Positions 26,190 through 37,496 of a stretch of DNA of 64,000 nt are shown piece after piece. The stretch comes from Ignavibacteriota bacterium. Lineage in GTDB: Bacteria; Bacteroidota; Ignavibacteria; UBA10030; UBA6906. The stretch covers positions 2,496,001 to 2,560,000 of the forward strand of contig CAWDEM010000008.1 of the NCBI GenBank assembly GCA_963801355.1. Reading direction: 5' to 3'. A program made the translations under genes and the position numbers. Numbering within the stretch: the stretch's first letter is position 1; the number at the start of each line of letters is the position of its first letter. Below the pieces are notes generated by a model. The model did not search any database and was not told the DNA's origin. It saw nothing but the letters and a program-made list of their open reading frames with translations.

Positions 26190-28070
26190 TCATTCACGTC
26201 CACCGGATGCTCCGTGGAGGTGTGCCTCCAGGCGCCGCGCCAGTGTGCGTCGGCACTTCTCAAACTCATACCCGCGCGTGGCCCACAAGGGCTGATCGCG
26301 CTGGCTGGTAAATGTCGTTCCGTTGTAGTCATTGAACGCCGACGGGACCACGGCGTCCACCACGTCGTTCACAGGAATCCCTGCGCGCGACGCCAGCCAG
26401 AGATATTCGTAGTCCTGCACGCCCCGTCGCAGATTCTTCATCCGGATGCTCGCAACCGGTCCCTTGAGCCCGCGGCTATCACCCGGATGCTTGCGATCTT
26501 CTCCGGTATACACGATGATGCCGGCCGCACGGGGATCCTGCCACACGTTGATGTCGCCGGATGCATAGTAGGCGACCTCCCAGAATGAGTACATGTCGGC
26601 ACCGTACTTCCATGCGATCCAGGGATTGACCCGTGCATCCGCCGCAAAGTTGTCAATCGGGCCCGGATCAGCGAACGAGGGACGCTGGCCATTGTAGAAT
26701 CCCACCTTCTCCCCTGCAGCCCTGCGACCGGGAACGATATGGATATCGAATCCCGTCGTTCCCCCGCTGTCTTTCCATCCGGAATGACCCGTGACCAACC
26801 AGAACGTAATCGCTCCGTAGAGCTCCTCACCGATACGCGTCGTTACCAGCGTGTTGAGCGCTTTGCCCGGACCCTCCCCCGATCTGATCCAGAGCGCCTT
26901 CTTCCTGACTTCAGGCCATCGGGAGTAGGGTGGTTCATCATCAAGGTACTTGAACCGGACGACCGCAGGAGCGCGTTCCCGGAACCATCCCTCCCAGGCG
27001 TCCGCCGCAGCGCTCCAGCTCTCGGGCGTATCGGGAAAAAATCCAGAACGAAATCCGCTCGACGGTTGATCATACGTACCGATGCTGTATGTCTGGTTGC
27101 CAATACCGACCCCGGGGCCATCATACCCGTTGCGCGCGGCGTAGCTCTCACCGGTGTAGTAGCCTGCGAGCCGCTCGCGGAACGTGTCGAGCGTTAACAC
27201 GCCATCCGTCAAGTCCAGCCGATGGCGATGAAATGTCTTCATGTACGCATCAAAGAGAGACCAGTACGCCGGCGAATCCTTTTCAGGACCATGACGTTCG
27301 GGAATTGTCGGCCAGCCCCAGAAGAAATGCGTATGCAGATGTGTCGTATCGGGAAGGGCGAAATCGTACACCCTGAGCCTGACCGGAAGTGAAAACGTCG
27401 TTGTGTCAGACTCCAGGACACGAAACGTTCCTGAAAATTCTCCCGCGGGGGCATCGGGCGGGATGAAGATGTCAACCCAGACCGCCTGATTTTTTCGCGC
27501 CCCGATGTGAAACGGTCTCCCGCCGGCGCCGTGATCGAACGTTCCCCGTGTCTCCGCAGGAACCAGCGCATCAGGGATCCATCCGAGGTGTTCCTTGTCG
27601 GGCAACGGACGTGCGGAGGCAAACCACCACGTGCTCCGTTCTGTCACTTCCATATAGCTTTCAAGGAACAGTTCGATACGCCTTCCCACAAAATCAAACG
27701 GCCCTTCGACAGGAGCCCTGTTCTTGAGCACATACCCGTCGTGCTGGAGACTGTCCAGCCTTACGTCCACATTCCTGGCCCCGGCTCCTTCCGCCTCGAT
27801 GATCACCTGAAAACCGATGACCTCGTTGCGGGCTCCTTCAATATGAATCGTCCGGCCATCCCATACATGGTTCTCGGAATTGCCTTCGGCCCAATGGTCC
27901 AGATCGTCCTGTCGCACCTTTTCGCTTTCGTCAACAGCCCAGACTGCAGTCACGCCGGGGAGTGTCGAGGAGCCATGGCAGCAGCAAAGAACGAATACAG
28001 ACAAAGGGAACAGAATCAGAAGTGCTATGGGAGGAAGGATTGCCGGCTCAGCAGCAGCACCGGAGCGCAT
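26190..28070 (-). CDS. DUF4091/GH123-like putative glycoside hydrolase, probable lipoprotein
   Basis: GARNEVIGFQV, VYDFALP, YLDDEP, C-terminal SIRMKNLRRGVQDYEYL; hydrophobic leader ending in Cys residues. Confidence 0.7.
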   Translation of the reverse strand: MRSGAAAEPAILPPIALLILFPLSVFVLCCCHGSSTLPGVTAVWAVDESEKVRQDDLDHWAEGNSENHVWDGRTIHIEGARNEVIGFQVIIEAEGAGARNVDVRLDSLQHDGYVLKNRAPVEGPFDFVGRRIELFLESYMEVTERSTWWFASARPLPDKEHLGWIPDALVPAETRGTFDHGAGGRPFHIGARKNQAVWVDIFIPPDAPAGEFSGTFRVLESDTTTFSLPVRLRVYDFALPDTTHLHTHFFWGWPTIPERHGPEKDSPAYWSLFDAYMKTFHRHRLDLTDGVLTLDTFRERLAGYYTGESYAARNGYDGPGVGIGNQTYSIGTYDQPSSGFRSGFFPDTPESWSAAADAWEGWFRERAPAVVRFKYLDDEPPYSRWPEVRKKALWIRSGEGPGKALNTLVTTRIGEELYGAITFWLVTGHSGWKDSGGTTGFDIHIVPGRRAAGEKVGFYNGQRPSFADPGPIDNFAADARVNPWIAWKYGADMYSFWEVAYYASGDINVWQDPRAAGIIVYTGEDRKHPGDSRGLKGPVASIRMKNLRRGVQDYEYLWLASRAGIPVNDVVDAVVPSAFNDYNGTTFTSQRDQPLWATRGYEFEKCRRTLARRLEAHLHGASGGRE

Positions 28071-28170
28071 CAACCATCGATCCCTTCTGGAACAAAGTGG
28101 TTCAATGTACCGTCATCGGGCAAAAAATGCAACAATTTATCGGATTATTGAGGTTTTTTAATCAAGCCCC

Positions 28171-30954
28171 TCAACGCAGAAGGAGCATCTTGCGTGTGTC
28201 CCTGTGGGTGGTCGTCTGTAACTCGTAGATGTATGTGCCGCTGGCAAGGTTGCCCGGTGTGAAGACCGCGTGATGGACACCGGCGGCCCGCGTTTCATCA
28301 CACAGGACGGCGACTTCCGCGCCCTGGAGATCGAATACTTTGAGCGTGACGTGCCCTTCTTCCGGCAAAACGAACTGAATGGTCGTCCCGGGATTGAACG
28401 GATTGGGATAGTTCTGGCTCAGCGTGTAACGTTCCGGCAGAATCACGTTGACGCTCTCCGCCGCTGACGGCCCCAGCCGGGTCAGAACAATGTCGTCAAT
28501 CACGTACTCGTCACCCGGCGAGGCGTAGGGTGGAAACCAGAACCGCAGACGCCCGTCGGACACGGTTGCATCAATGTTCTCGGTGTCAAAGTTCAGACTG
28601 AACCACCTCCACGCGGGGTCCAGGTCGACCTCTGCGGACCGGAGCCCGTAGTTGGTGTACGGGGCGACGTTCTTGAGCAGACTCACGTTGAAATCATGCC
28701 CGGTTGCTGAACGCGCGGCAAACGTCAGACGATACCGGCTGGATGGCTCCACGGTGAGACCTGCCCGATACACCTGGATGTTGTCGTTGACCTGGGTAAT
28801 ACTGACTTTGCCCGCAAGCGTCCCTTCGTACGCCGTGGTGCAGGCACTAAACGTGCCCTCCCCGTTGGTGTAGAATCCCCACCCCGTCAATCCGGATTCG
28901 AAGCCGCCGTTATCGACCAGATTCTGCGCGCCCTTCCCGGGATTCTCAGAGCCGGACAATGTGGTGAAGGTCGCCACCGCGGACCACGGACCCGCCCCCA
29001 TGGAGTTGAATGCTCTCACCCGCACAAAGTACGATGTGCCGCTTCCCAGGGCGGAAATCGGATAGGCCGTCACTGTCACTCCGGTCTCGTCGACAACGTT
29101 GGAAGCGAATGACGCGCTCGTCGAGATCTGGATCTGGTACCACGCCGCAAACCGGGGGTTCGACCAATGCACGAGTGCCGTGAGAGGTAACGGGGCGGAT
29201 CCGGAGCCTGGTGCGGAGAGAATGGGTGCATCCGGCGTCTGGTCGATACTGACAGAGCCGTCATATTCGTGGATACCCACGTCCGGGGCACTTCCGACCA
29301 TACGCTGCCGATAGCCGGAGACCGTCGAGTACGTGGCAGCGATGAAGACTCCCCGGTCCACACCCACGGTGACGTTGTCGGTGGTATAGAGGATGTTGTT
29401 GTCATAGTCGATGTGCCGTAATTCAGCGCGCACACCGTCGACACTGATGCTGTCGCCCCGATCGTACGGGCTGTCGCCCCACGCATAGTGGAAATAGCTC
29501 GCGTCACTGACGTAGATTGCATCCGATCCGCTTGTGGGCCGCACCGTCGCAGTAAGGGGAACTGCCCGATCGATGCATGGGGAGAGCTCAGAGAGGGTGA
29601 AATCACGATGCTCCTGCATCCCTAGCGAGTCCCTCCACATCGGGGAATCCTCGAAGTTTGATGGCGCCCATACGTTCGGCATCCGGTTCTTGAGCTGTGC
29701 AAGCGTCAGCCACGAATTGGTCGGCCCTGCAGTGCTCCAGAATGCAACGACACTCCCCGGCGTGCCATTCCAGACGAGATTGCACCGGAACGTGTCGCTC
29801 ACCGTGCTGAATGTCTTCCCCTGGTCCACCCACGAAATCGGATAGCTGCCGTCCCGGGCATTCGGGTATGCAATGATGTTGTTGACAAATACGTTCCGCC
29901 CGAAATCCCACACACCAGGATTGTCGTTCTGGATCAACAGGCTGTGTCTGTCGGCTGCAGTCCCGGACTTCCCCATAAAGACGTTGTGGTAGACACGGTT
30001 GTCCACCGGAGTGGAGATCGCGGTGTTGGTGACAAAGCTGTTGTTCGAACCGGGGTTTCTCTCCAAACTGCCCAGGCTCGAGGAGTCATCATAGAATGCG
30101 TTATAGCGAATGATGCTCGTATGGGGGCTGAATTCACAGCTGACCCCTCCCCTGTAGGTATCCACTTCGCCGGGGGACCATGCAAGGTTCCCCTCATAGA
30201 GGCAGCGTGACGTATGGTCGGTGTTGCCAATCCCCACATGACAGTCGTACGCGCGATTGTTGCGCACGATGTTGTACGAATCACCCGGGACGCCGTATGG
30301 AACTGCAATCCCGAAATGACTCACATTGACGATGGTGTTCCCTTCGATAATATTGTACCGTGAATTACCAAACACACATATGCCATCCCCGCGCAGCTGG
30401 TCGCTTGTGATGTCATGATCCTGCCGATCGACGAAGTTGCCGATGAACCTGTTGTAGTCGGTCCCTGAGAACTTGACGGCCGGCCAATCTCCCCATGCCG
30501 GATTGTTATGCGTGCTCCCGCCATAGATGCGGCAATTCAGGATGGCATTATGCGATCCGCCCGTCACGGTGACCGCGGGGGTGCACGCGTAGTGGGCCAT
30601 TTGCAGGCGCAACCCCTGCACGATAATGTAGGATCTGTTGGTAAGGGAAAGCACCGTGTTGTTGATGTACAGTGAGCAGACGTCCGCCTGATAGTTCATG
30701 TACACCAGCGGGTTTCCCGCAGAACCGGAGTTTTGCGGATTGATCTGCGCGGTGTATACCCCTGCCATGATATACACCGTGTCTCCTGCAACGAGCATGC
30801 GGTTGGCTTTGTCGATCGTCCGCCACGGCTGTGCAAGCGTCCCGGCGTTGTCGTCGTTGCCGTGCGTGGCAACCGCAAATGATCTCCCCCACGTGGATGA
30901 CACCTCGCTGAGGCCGAGGACTGCCACTGCGACGACCAACAGCCATTGCTTCAT
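28171..30954 (-). CDS. T9SS-sorted parallel beta-helix protein with FN3 and CBM4/9-like domain
   Basis: GNDDNAGTLAQPWRTI...AGDTVYIMAGVY; N-rich beta-helix; SPCIDRA, APDVG; NGGFESG...YRLTFAARS; CTD QNYPNPFNP. Confidence 0.85.
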   Translation of the reverse strand: MKQWLLVVAVAVLGLSEVSSTWGRSFAVATHGNDDNAGTLAQPWRTIDKANRMLVAGDTVYIMAGVYTAQINPQNSGSAGNPLVYMNYQADVCSLYINNTVLSLTNRSYIIVQGLRLQMAHYACTPAVTVTGGSHNAILNCRIYGGSTHNNPAWGDWPAVKFSGTDYNRFIGNFVDRQDHDITSDQLRGDGICVFGNSRYNIIEGNTIVNVSHFGIAVPYGVPGDSYNIVRNNRAYDCHVGIGNTDHTSRCLYEGNLAWSPGEVDTYRGGVSCEFSPHTSIIRYNAFYDDSSSLGSLERNPGSNNSFVTNTAISTPVDNRVYHNVFMGKSGTAADRHSLLIQNDNPGVWDFGRNVFVNNIIAYPNARDGSYPISWVDQGKTFSTVSDTFRCNLVWNGTPGSVVAFWSTAGPTNSWLTLAQLKNRMPNVWAPSNFEDSPMWRDSLGMQEHRDFTLSELSPCIDRAVPLTATVRPTSGSDAIYVSDASYFHYAWGDSPYDRGDSISVDGVRAELRHIDYDNNILYTTDNVTVGVDRGVFIAATYSTVSGYRQRMVGSAPDVGIHEYDGSVSIDQTPDAPILSAPGSGSAPLPLTALVHWSNPRFAAWYQIQISTSASFASNVVDETGVTVTAYPISALGSGTSYFVRVRAFNSMGAGPWSAVATFTTLSGSENPGKGAQNLVDNGGFESGLTGWGFYTNGEGTFSACTTAYEGTLAGKVSITQVNDNIQVYRAGLTVEPSSRYRLTFAARSATGHDFNVSLLKNVAPYTNYGLRSAEVDLDPAWRWFSLNFDTENIDATVSDGRLRFWFPPYASPGDEYVIDDIVLTRLGPSAAESVNVILPERYTLSQNYPNPFNPGTTIQFVLPEEGHVTLKVFDLQGAEVAVLCDETRAAGVHHAVFTPGNLASGTYIYELQTTTHRDTRKMLLLR

Positions 30955-31348
30955 GTACCCGTCCCTTGAATGTGAGCCTTCTCATGTGCTGTAGGTCACA
31001 CCGCATGCCACGGATGACGAGAGTGCTGGCAGTGGGATTCGGGCGAAAACACAGGGAAAGTTCGGGTTCCGGGCGGACAGAAGTGTGCAAGCACAACATG
31101 CGTGAGATGTTTACCAACAGATTCTACAACTTGTGGAACGGCGTGCCTGCATCGGGCATCACAGGCGTGGAATGCCTCATGCGCTCACACCCCGTCACCT
31201 ATGTCGATACCTGGTCAGAGGGGAAGAGAACGACTGATGCGCCGGAAGATCGCATGAGAACTGTCGTTGCGGTGATACGCAAATCTTTGCGGGGTGGAGA
31301 ATTGACGGGGAGTTTCTTACATTGAAGGAACTCTGTGAGGGTGATTTC

Positions 31349-33505
31349 ATGGCAGATACAGGTGTGCTCCAGGTTATCCAGTATCAGAAAACAGGGAAGA
31401 TTTCAGTCGAACGCTTGCCTGCCCCTCCCCTTCGTAATGGGGGTATCCTCGTACAGAACCGATTTTCGCTGATCAGTGCGGGCACCGAACGGACATCGGT
31501 CGAGACTGCTCAGGCGTCGCTCGTAGGCAAGGCGCGGTCCCGCCCCGACCTTGTGAAACAGGTGATTGACAATGCCCGCCTCGAAGGCGCCGTTGCGACA
31601 TATCGCAAAGTCCAGAACCGGCTCGCAAACTACAAAGAACTCGGCTACAGCTCCGCAGGAATTGTCCTCGCATCAGATGTGGATGCGTTCCGGATCGGTG
31701 ATCGCGTAGCCTGTGCCGGGTACGCGTACCACTCCGAAGTAGTCTCCATCCCACGAAACCTTGCAGTCCGGGTGCCCGATGGGGTCTCCCTTGACGAGGC
31801 CGCATTCGCCACGCTGGGAGCGATCGCGCTCCAGGGCGTCCGCCGTGCCGGGATCCACCTGGGAGAAACCGTCGTGGTCATCGGCCTGGGACTGATCGGC
31901 CTGATCACGGTGCAACTCCTCAAAGCTGCCGGCTGTCGCGTTGCGGCTCTCGACATCAGCAAGGCAAACTTCGCCCTGGCGAACGATCTTGGATGTGATG
32001 TCTGCATGACCAGCGATCATGATGCCATCCGGAAGATCGAGGCATTCACTCATGGGCACGGAAGCGACGCCACCATCCTCACGGCGGCAACCCGATCAAA
32101 CGAACCGCTGGAGCTTGCACTGCAGTTCGCCCGGAAAAAATCTCCGGTGGTTGTTGTCGGCTCGAGTGGCATGAATGTCGTTCGCGGACCGTTTTACGAC
32201 AAAGAGCTGGACCTGCGCATCGCAACATCCTACGGTCCGGGCCGCTACGATCCCGCCTACGAAGAACAGGGGCATGACTATCCGATTGGCTATGTCCGGT
32301 GGACGGAAAACCGGAACATGGAAGCATTCCTCGACCTGGTGGCGTCGCGCGCAATCACCGTCGCCCCCCTGATAACACACAAGATCCCGATCCGGGACGC
32401 CCTCACCGCCTACGATATGATCACGGGAAAGACCAGGGCCCGGTACGTCGGCATCCTGATCGAATACGGCACAGCCCCAGTCGATGCGTCCCGGCGTGTC
32501 GATACCGCGCCACCACCCGGCGAGCGCACGGTATCGCCGGACGTAGCCGTCGCGTTCATCGGCGCAGGCAATTTCGCACAATCATATCTCCTGCCGCCGC
32601 TCAAGGCGTTGCATGTGCCCCTGCAGGGCGTCGTGACGTCGACACCGGTCAATGCCAACGCGGCGGCGCGCAAATTCGGCTTTTCCTACTGCGCTTCCGA
32701 TGCCGATGAGATTCTGAAGGACCCGGCCGTCACCGCGGTCTTCATTGCATCCCGCCATGATTCGCACGCCGCATATGTCGTGCAGGCTCTGCACGCCGGG
32801 AAACATGTCTTTGTGGAGAAACCTCTCGCGATCAGCCGCGAACAGCTACGGGCAATCCGGGAGGAACTCGGTAGCTCTCCCCATCCGCATCTCACGGTGG
32901 GCTTCAATCGGAGATACTCCAGAACATTCAACGACATCAAGGAATTCTTCGAAGGCACACAGGAGCCGCTCGCGATTTTCTACCGCGTGAATGCGGGATT
33001 CATGCCGCTTACGAAGTGGATGCAGGACCCTGCCCAGGGAGGACGGTTCATCGGCGAGGGGTGCCATTTCATTGATTGCATGTCCTATCTCACAAACGCC
33101 CGCCCGGTGAGAATCTTTGCTGAACGGGTGCCCTCGGTACACCAGGCCGTCGAAACCAGCGACAACCTGAGCGTGCTGATCAAATTCTCCGACGGGTCGG
33201 TCGGCACCCTGTTGTATCTTGCTCACGGCGAAGGGGCACTCCCCAAGGAATATTGTGAAGTCTCAGGAGGCGGCAAGAGCGTCGTCATGAATGACTTTGC
33301 AGAATCATTCTTCTATACCCAGGGTAAGCGGCGGCGGCGCTCATACAATCACGGGAAGGGACATGACGAGGAGATCGGCCATTTCATCCGCGTGGTCAGG
33401 GGACTTGAACAACCGACACTGACCATCGAATCGATGATGCTCACGACGGAGGCGACAATCGCCGCTATGGAGTCCCTGAAAACAGGGGGACCGGTGAATC
33501 TCTGA
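31349..33505 (+). CDS. Bi-domain oxidoreductase (zinc-type ADH/MDR + Gfo/Idh/MocA)
   Basis: SLISAGTE, LGYSSAG, GLGLIG, SYGPGRYD...RWTENRN; second domain IGAGNF, HVFVEKP, GEGCHFID. Confidence 0.88.
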   Translation: MADTGVLQVIQYQKTGKISVERLPAPPLRNGGILVQNRFSLISAGTERTSVETAQASLVGKARSRPDLVKQVIDNARLEGAVATYRKVQNRLANYKELGYSSAGIVLASDVDAFRIGDRVACAGYAYHSEVVSIPRNLAVRVPDGVSLDEAAFATLGAIALQGVRRAGIHLGETVVVIGLGLIGLITVQLLKAAGCRVAALDISKANFALANDLGCDVCMTSDHDAIRKIEAFTHGHGSDATILTAATRSNEPLELALQFARKKSPVVVVGSSGMNVVRGPFYDKELDLRIATSYGPGRYDPAYEEQGHDYPIGYVRWTENRNMEAFLDLVASRAITVAPLITHKIPIRDALTAYDMITGKTRARYVGILIEYGTAPVDASRRVDTAPPPGERTVSPDVAVAFIGAGNFAQSYLLPPLKALHVPLQGVVTSTPVNANAAARKFGFSYCASDADEILKDPAVTAVFIASRHDSHAAYVVQALHAGKHVFVEKPLAISREQLRAIREELGSSPHPHLTVGFNRRYSRTFNDIKEFFEGTQEPLAIFYRVNAGFMPLTKWMQDPAQGGRFIGEGCHFIDCMSYLTNARPVRIFAERVPSVHQAVETSDNLSVLIKFSDGSVGTLLYLAHGEGALPKEYCEVSGGGKSVVMNDFAESFFYTQGKRRRRSYNHGKGHDEEIGHFIRVVRGLEQPTLTIESMMLTTEATIAAMESLKTGGPVNL

Positions 33506-33577
33506 TGGACTCAGGACGTCATTGCCGGATCACAGGAGTGACATGCTCACGGTCACATTGAAGGTGCTCGAGGGACG

Positions 33578-35101
33578 ATGACACACACCGCCCAGGCAGT
33601 CAGAGATTCCAAGGGGTACGCATACGCTTTCCTGCTCGTGTCCGGTTTCACGTTCTGGTTCATCCTCGGCTTCCCATTCCAGCACCACAACGAGTCATAC
33701 ATCTGGGTCGCACATCTGGAGAACGGCAGCTTTCTGGATTGCGTTCTCCACAAGATGGTCCCCGTGGCAAACTACCGTCCCCTCGGCCAGGCGGTCATAT
33801 GGCTGACCTTTCGCCTCTCCGGCGGCTCGGTTGCACCGGCCCAGGTGTTCAACTTCGTTGTCGCCATCGGCGCCTGGCTTCTCGCATTTGCCGTGATGAA
33901 GGAGCGGCGTGTCTTTGGAGTCGCCGGCCTGTTCGCCGGCGGTCTCTTCTTCCCGGGGTACATCTACATCTTCCATCTGCATGGCGCCTTCTACAGCCCG
34001 GTGCTTCTTTTCCTTGTGCTCCTGTTCGTAGTCTTTGAGGAAGGAAACGGAAAGCACCATGTCGGGCTTGCGACGGCAGGGGCCCTGATCGCGGCATTCT
34101 TCCATCCCTATGCTCTCCTGCTCTCCATCGCCGCCATACTCGGCGCATGGTGGAAGCAGCGGCATTCACTGTCACGGACGGAAACCCTCTCCCTGTTCGT
34201 TGCCGCGTTCGTGGCTGCAGCCGCCATTGTTGTTCTGGTCATCCTTCCGGGCAACACCGAACCGGGATCCCTCGCGAGGCGCTGGACGGGTCTGGTGACT
34301 TCGTATCGCGCCACGGAAGTCCATCCGGCGATTTCCGCGGTCGTGGCCGTGCTGACTCTTCTCACCGCTCTCAGCGCCGGGCCACGCCGGACTACAAGGG
34401 TACTCCTCACGGGAAGTGCGGCGGCCGGATTGATTGCGCTCCAACTGCTCGGTCTGCCCCTGTTCTTTGTGTGGATCGCCGTGTCGGCGGCGAAACTCCT
34501 GCTCCTGAACCACATCAGCCTCGCCGCCACGCTCCTCACAGCGTCAATCCTCCCTGCGATCGCTCCGACGGGATCACCGACGTACGCAATCTTTGCAGGA
34601 ATGCTCTGCGCCATTGCACTGGCGATCGACGCACACAGGTATGAGCATGCCCTGTCACGTATCGGCATGCGCACAGGTGCCGCGGTATTCGTGGCAACTG
34701 TCGTCATGGCGCTGGTTCTGCGATCCGGTGTCAGGGTTCCCGTCCTGACACGCCTCGCCACACCAGTACTGGCGGAACGCGAGAGAACTGAACAGCTTGT
34801 CACAATTCTCGACTGGTGGCGACACTCCCAATACTCAGCCTTGCCCGTCACACTGGGCCAGACAGCCTATAATCCCGTCGATGCTGTCGACGTCGCTGAC
34901 AGGAGATCCAGGCCACCCACTACTCCCGAGTACCTGTATCAGTATACAGCCCACCGGTGGAACCGGGGCAAGCCTGCGGAAACCGATACTTCCCGCCTCG
35001 TTGTTGTTTTCGGCAGCGAGAACCAATCGTCAGGCGTCCCTGTGTACACACTGACCGCCAGGTTTGCGACACCGGGACGCGTACTGGTCGAAACCAACTA
35101 G
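33578..35101 (+). CDS. Multi-pass membrane protein of glycan locus (GT-C-like or polymerase-like)
   Basis: Numerous hydrophobic helices; early loop HHNESY...NYRPLG. Confidence 0.55.
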   Translation: MTHTAQAVRDSKGYAYAFLLVSGFTFWFILGFPFQHHNESYIWVAHLENGSFLDCVLHKMVPVANYRPLGQAVIWLTFRLSGGSVAPAQVFNFVVAIGAWLLAFAVMKERRVFGVAGLFAGGLFFPGYIYIFHLHGAFYSPVLLFLVLLFVVFEEGNGKHHVGLATAGALIAAFFHPYALLLSIAAILGAWWKQRHSLSRTETLSLFVAAFVAAAAIVVLVILPGNTEPGSLARRWTGLVTSYRATEVHPAISAVVAVLTLLTALSAGPRRTTRVLLTGSAAAGLIALQLLGLPLFFVWIAVSAAKLLLLNHISLAATLLTASILPAIAPTGSPTYAIFAGMLCAIALAIDAHRYEHALSRIGMRTGAAVFVATVVMALVLRSGVRVPVLTRLATPVLAERERTEQLVTILDWWRHSQYSALPVTLGQTAYNPVDAVDVADRRSRPPTTPEYLYQYTAHRWNRGKPAETDTSRLVVVFGSENQSSGVPVYTLTARFATPGRVLVETN

Positions 35102-35192
35102 CATGCATCTATCGAAACAGGTCACGGCGATCCGCACAACTCCATGCACCCGGCGCCCACATCGACATCCTGCAGCACAATGAAGGACCTCC

Positions 35193-36341
35193 GTGAAATA
35201 TCATCCTGACCGGACATTGCGTGTGGGATACTATAGTGACGGATACGTGGCGGGCCGTCTGCTCATCGATCTGCCGTTCGGGGACGAGATCCGTCTCGAA
35301 CGGAAACGGGATCTGTTCAATGCCCTCACGTTTGCCCAGCGCAGACTCTATCGGCCCGCCAGAGCAACGGAGCTCATCAACTGCCTTCACCACGACCTGG
35401 GGATTGCAGACGTCCATCTGAATCATCTCATGAACTGCATCAGCCTGTCCTCCATCCCCTGGGTGGTCAGCTATGAGCACTACCTTCCTCGATGGGACTG
35501 GCACTCCGCGTGGGGATGGAAATATCTCGCCGGTCCCGCCTGCAGAAAAATCCTGGCTATCAGCCAGTGGGCACTCAGGTTTCAAGAGCATCTCCTCGAT
35601 CAGCATCCGGAGCTCCGTGAGGCCATCCGCCCGAAGCTGTGCGTTGTGACTCCGAGCCAGAAGGTCCTTGTTCCACGATATGACAACAAGGTCCTTGACG
35701 CCGACCGTATCACGTTCACCATGGTCGGCAGCGATTTTTTCAGGAAGGGGGGAATGGAGATTCTCGAGGCCTTCACGCAGCTTGTCGGCGAAAAGCTGCC
35801 CGTGCATTTGCATATCGTGTCGACGCTGACCTATGGCGATTATGCTTCAAAGACCACCGTGGCTGACCTCAACCGGGCGCAAGCCCTCATCGCGCGTCTG
35901 GGTGACAGCGTCTCGTACCACAAGTACCTGGACAATCAGCGGGTTCTTGAGCTCTTTACTCGCTCGCACGTCGGACTGCTTCCAACCTATGACGATACCT
36001 ACGGGTTTTCGGTCCTGGAAGCACAGGGTGCGGGGTGCCCGGTGATCAGTACAGACGGCGCTGCATTGCCGGAATTCAACAATGATGAGATCGGCTGGTT
36101 GATTTCCGTCCCCAAAAACGAGCTGAACGGAACGGTGTACGAAACCCCTGCAGATCGTCAGCGGCTCTCCGCCTGCATTCGCGACGGCCTCCTGCGGATC
36201 ATCCGCCGGATATGCGCTGACCCATCCCTGGTACGCGCCAAGGGTGAGCGTGCCCTCGAACGCATCAGGCTCGACTGCAGCCCCGCAGACCGTGTGCGGC
36301 AACTCAAGACGATTTACCACGAATCGCTGGCGGTGGAGTGA
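35193..36341 (+). CDS. Glycosyltransferase family 4
   Basis: FFRKGG, LLPTYDDTYGFSVLEAQGAGCPVIST (E-x7-E-like GT-B motif). Confidence 0.88.
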   Translation: MKYHPDRTLRVGYYSDGYVAGRLLIDLPFGDEIRLERKRDLFNALTFAQRRLYRPARATELINCLHHDLGIADVHLNHLMNCISLSSIPWVVSYEHYLPRWDWHSAWGWKYLAGPACRKILAISQWALRFQEHLLDQHPELREAIRPKLCVVTPSQKVLVPRYDNKVLDADRITFTMVGSDFFRKGGMEILEAFTQLVGEKLPVHLHIVSTLTYGDYASKTTVADLNRAQALIARLGDSVSYHKYLDNQRVLELFTRSHVGLLPTYDDTYGFSVLEAQGAGCPVISTDGAALPEFNNDEIGWLISVPKNELNGTVYETPADRQRLSACIRDGLLRIIRRICADPSLVRAKGERALERIRLDCSPADRVRQLKTIYHESLAVE

Positions 36342-36449
36342 TCACCGTCACCCGGGAAGACGGCATGGTGTGACCTGGAGCACTTGCACTCCGGGGAAAT
36401 TCCCTTACATTGGTTACGATAGACACCTGACAATCAAGAGGAGCTCACA

Positions 36450-37478
36450 ATGCGGGTACTCGTCACTGGCAGCCGGGGCTACATTGGCTCGGTCATGGTG
36501 CCACTGCTCATGGCAGAAGGCCACCAGGTCACTGGAATTGACACTGATTTTTACGAAAACTGCACTTTCGGAGAATGGAAAGACCCGATTCGTACTGTGC
36601 GCAAGGATGTCCGCGAGACAGTCGTGGATGATTTCAAAGGCCTTGACGCGGTCATCCATCTGGCCGCGCTCTCCAACGATCCGCTTGGTGACATCAACCC
36701 GGATTTGACGTATGATATCAACCACCTTGCCTCGGTGCGCATCGCCCGCCTGGCGAAAGAGGCCGGTGTACAACGGTTTGTGTTTGCATCTTCCTGCAGC
36801 AATTATGGCGCCGCGGGTGACAACTTTGTGAACGAGACATCGGACCTGAATCCTGTGACACCCTACGGAGTCTCCAAGGTGCGTGTCGAACGGGATGTGG
36901 CTACCATCGCCGATGACAGCTTCAGTCCGACGTTCCTCCGGTGCGCGACGGCATACGGGCTGTCGCCCCGTCAACGGTTCGACGTTGTGTTGAACAACCT
37001 CGTCGCCTGGGCCTTCACGTCAGGTCTGGTGTACCTGAAGAGTGACGGAACACCCTGGCGTCCCATCGTCCATATCGAGGACATAGCGCGTGCATTTATT
37101 GCCGTACTCGGCGCTCCGAGGGAAATCGTTCACAAACAGGCATTCAACGTCGGACAGACAACCGAGAACTACAGGATTTCTGAGATCGCCGAGATCGTGA
37201 AAGCCGTCGTGCCCAACACCACGGTCCAATTCGCTGAGGGCGCAGGCCCCGATCTGCGCTGCTACCGGGCGGACTTCAGCAAGATTGCGCGCGTGCTCCC
37301 GTCATTCAAACCCCAGTGGACAGCCCGCAGAGGGGCGGAACAACTGTACGAAGCCTACAAGAAGATCGGCCTGAGTCTGGACGATTTCGAGGGGCCCCGC
37401 TACAAACGCATTGATCATATCCGACAGCTGCTCGCATCGGGAAAGCTGGACACATCGCTGCGTTGGACTTCACACTGA
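36450..37478 (+). CDS. NAD-dependent epimerase/dehydratase (extended SDR)
   Basis: [34 protein letters not shown]. Confidence 0.92.
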   Translation: MRVLVTGSRGYIGSVMVPLLMAEGHQVTGIDTDFYENCTFGEWKDPIRTVRKDVRETVVDDFKGLDAVIHLAALSNDPLGDINPDLTYDINHLASVRIARLAKEAGVQRFVFASSCSNYGAAGDNFVNETSDLNPVTPYGVSKVRVERDVATIADDSFSPTFLRCATAYGLSPRQRFDVVLNNLVAWAFTSGLVYLKSDGTPWRPIVHIEDIARAFIAVLGAPREIVHKQAFNVGQTTENYRISEIAEIVKAVVPNTTVQFAEGAGPDLRCYRADFSKIARVLPSFKPQWTARRGAEQLYEAYKKIGLSLDDFEGPRYKRIDHIRQLLASGKLDTSLRWTSH

Positions 37479-37496
37479 ACCCGGAGGATACTTCGA

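Noticed and set aside
30955-31348. sigma54 promoter in the divergent intergenic region
   Set aside because: TGGAACGGCG is not followed by TTGC at the required -12 spacing.
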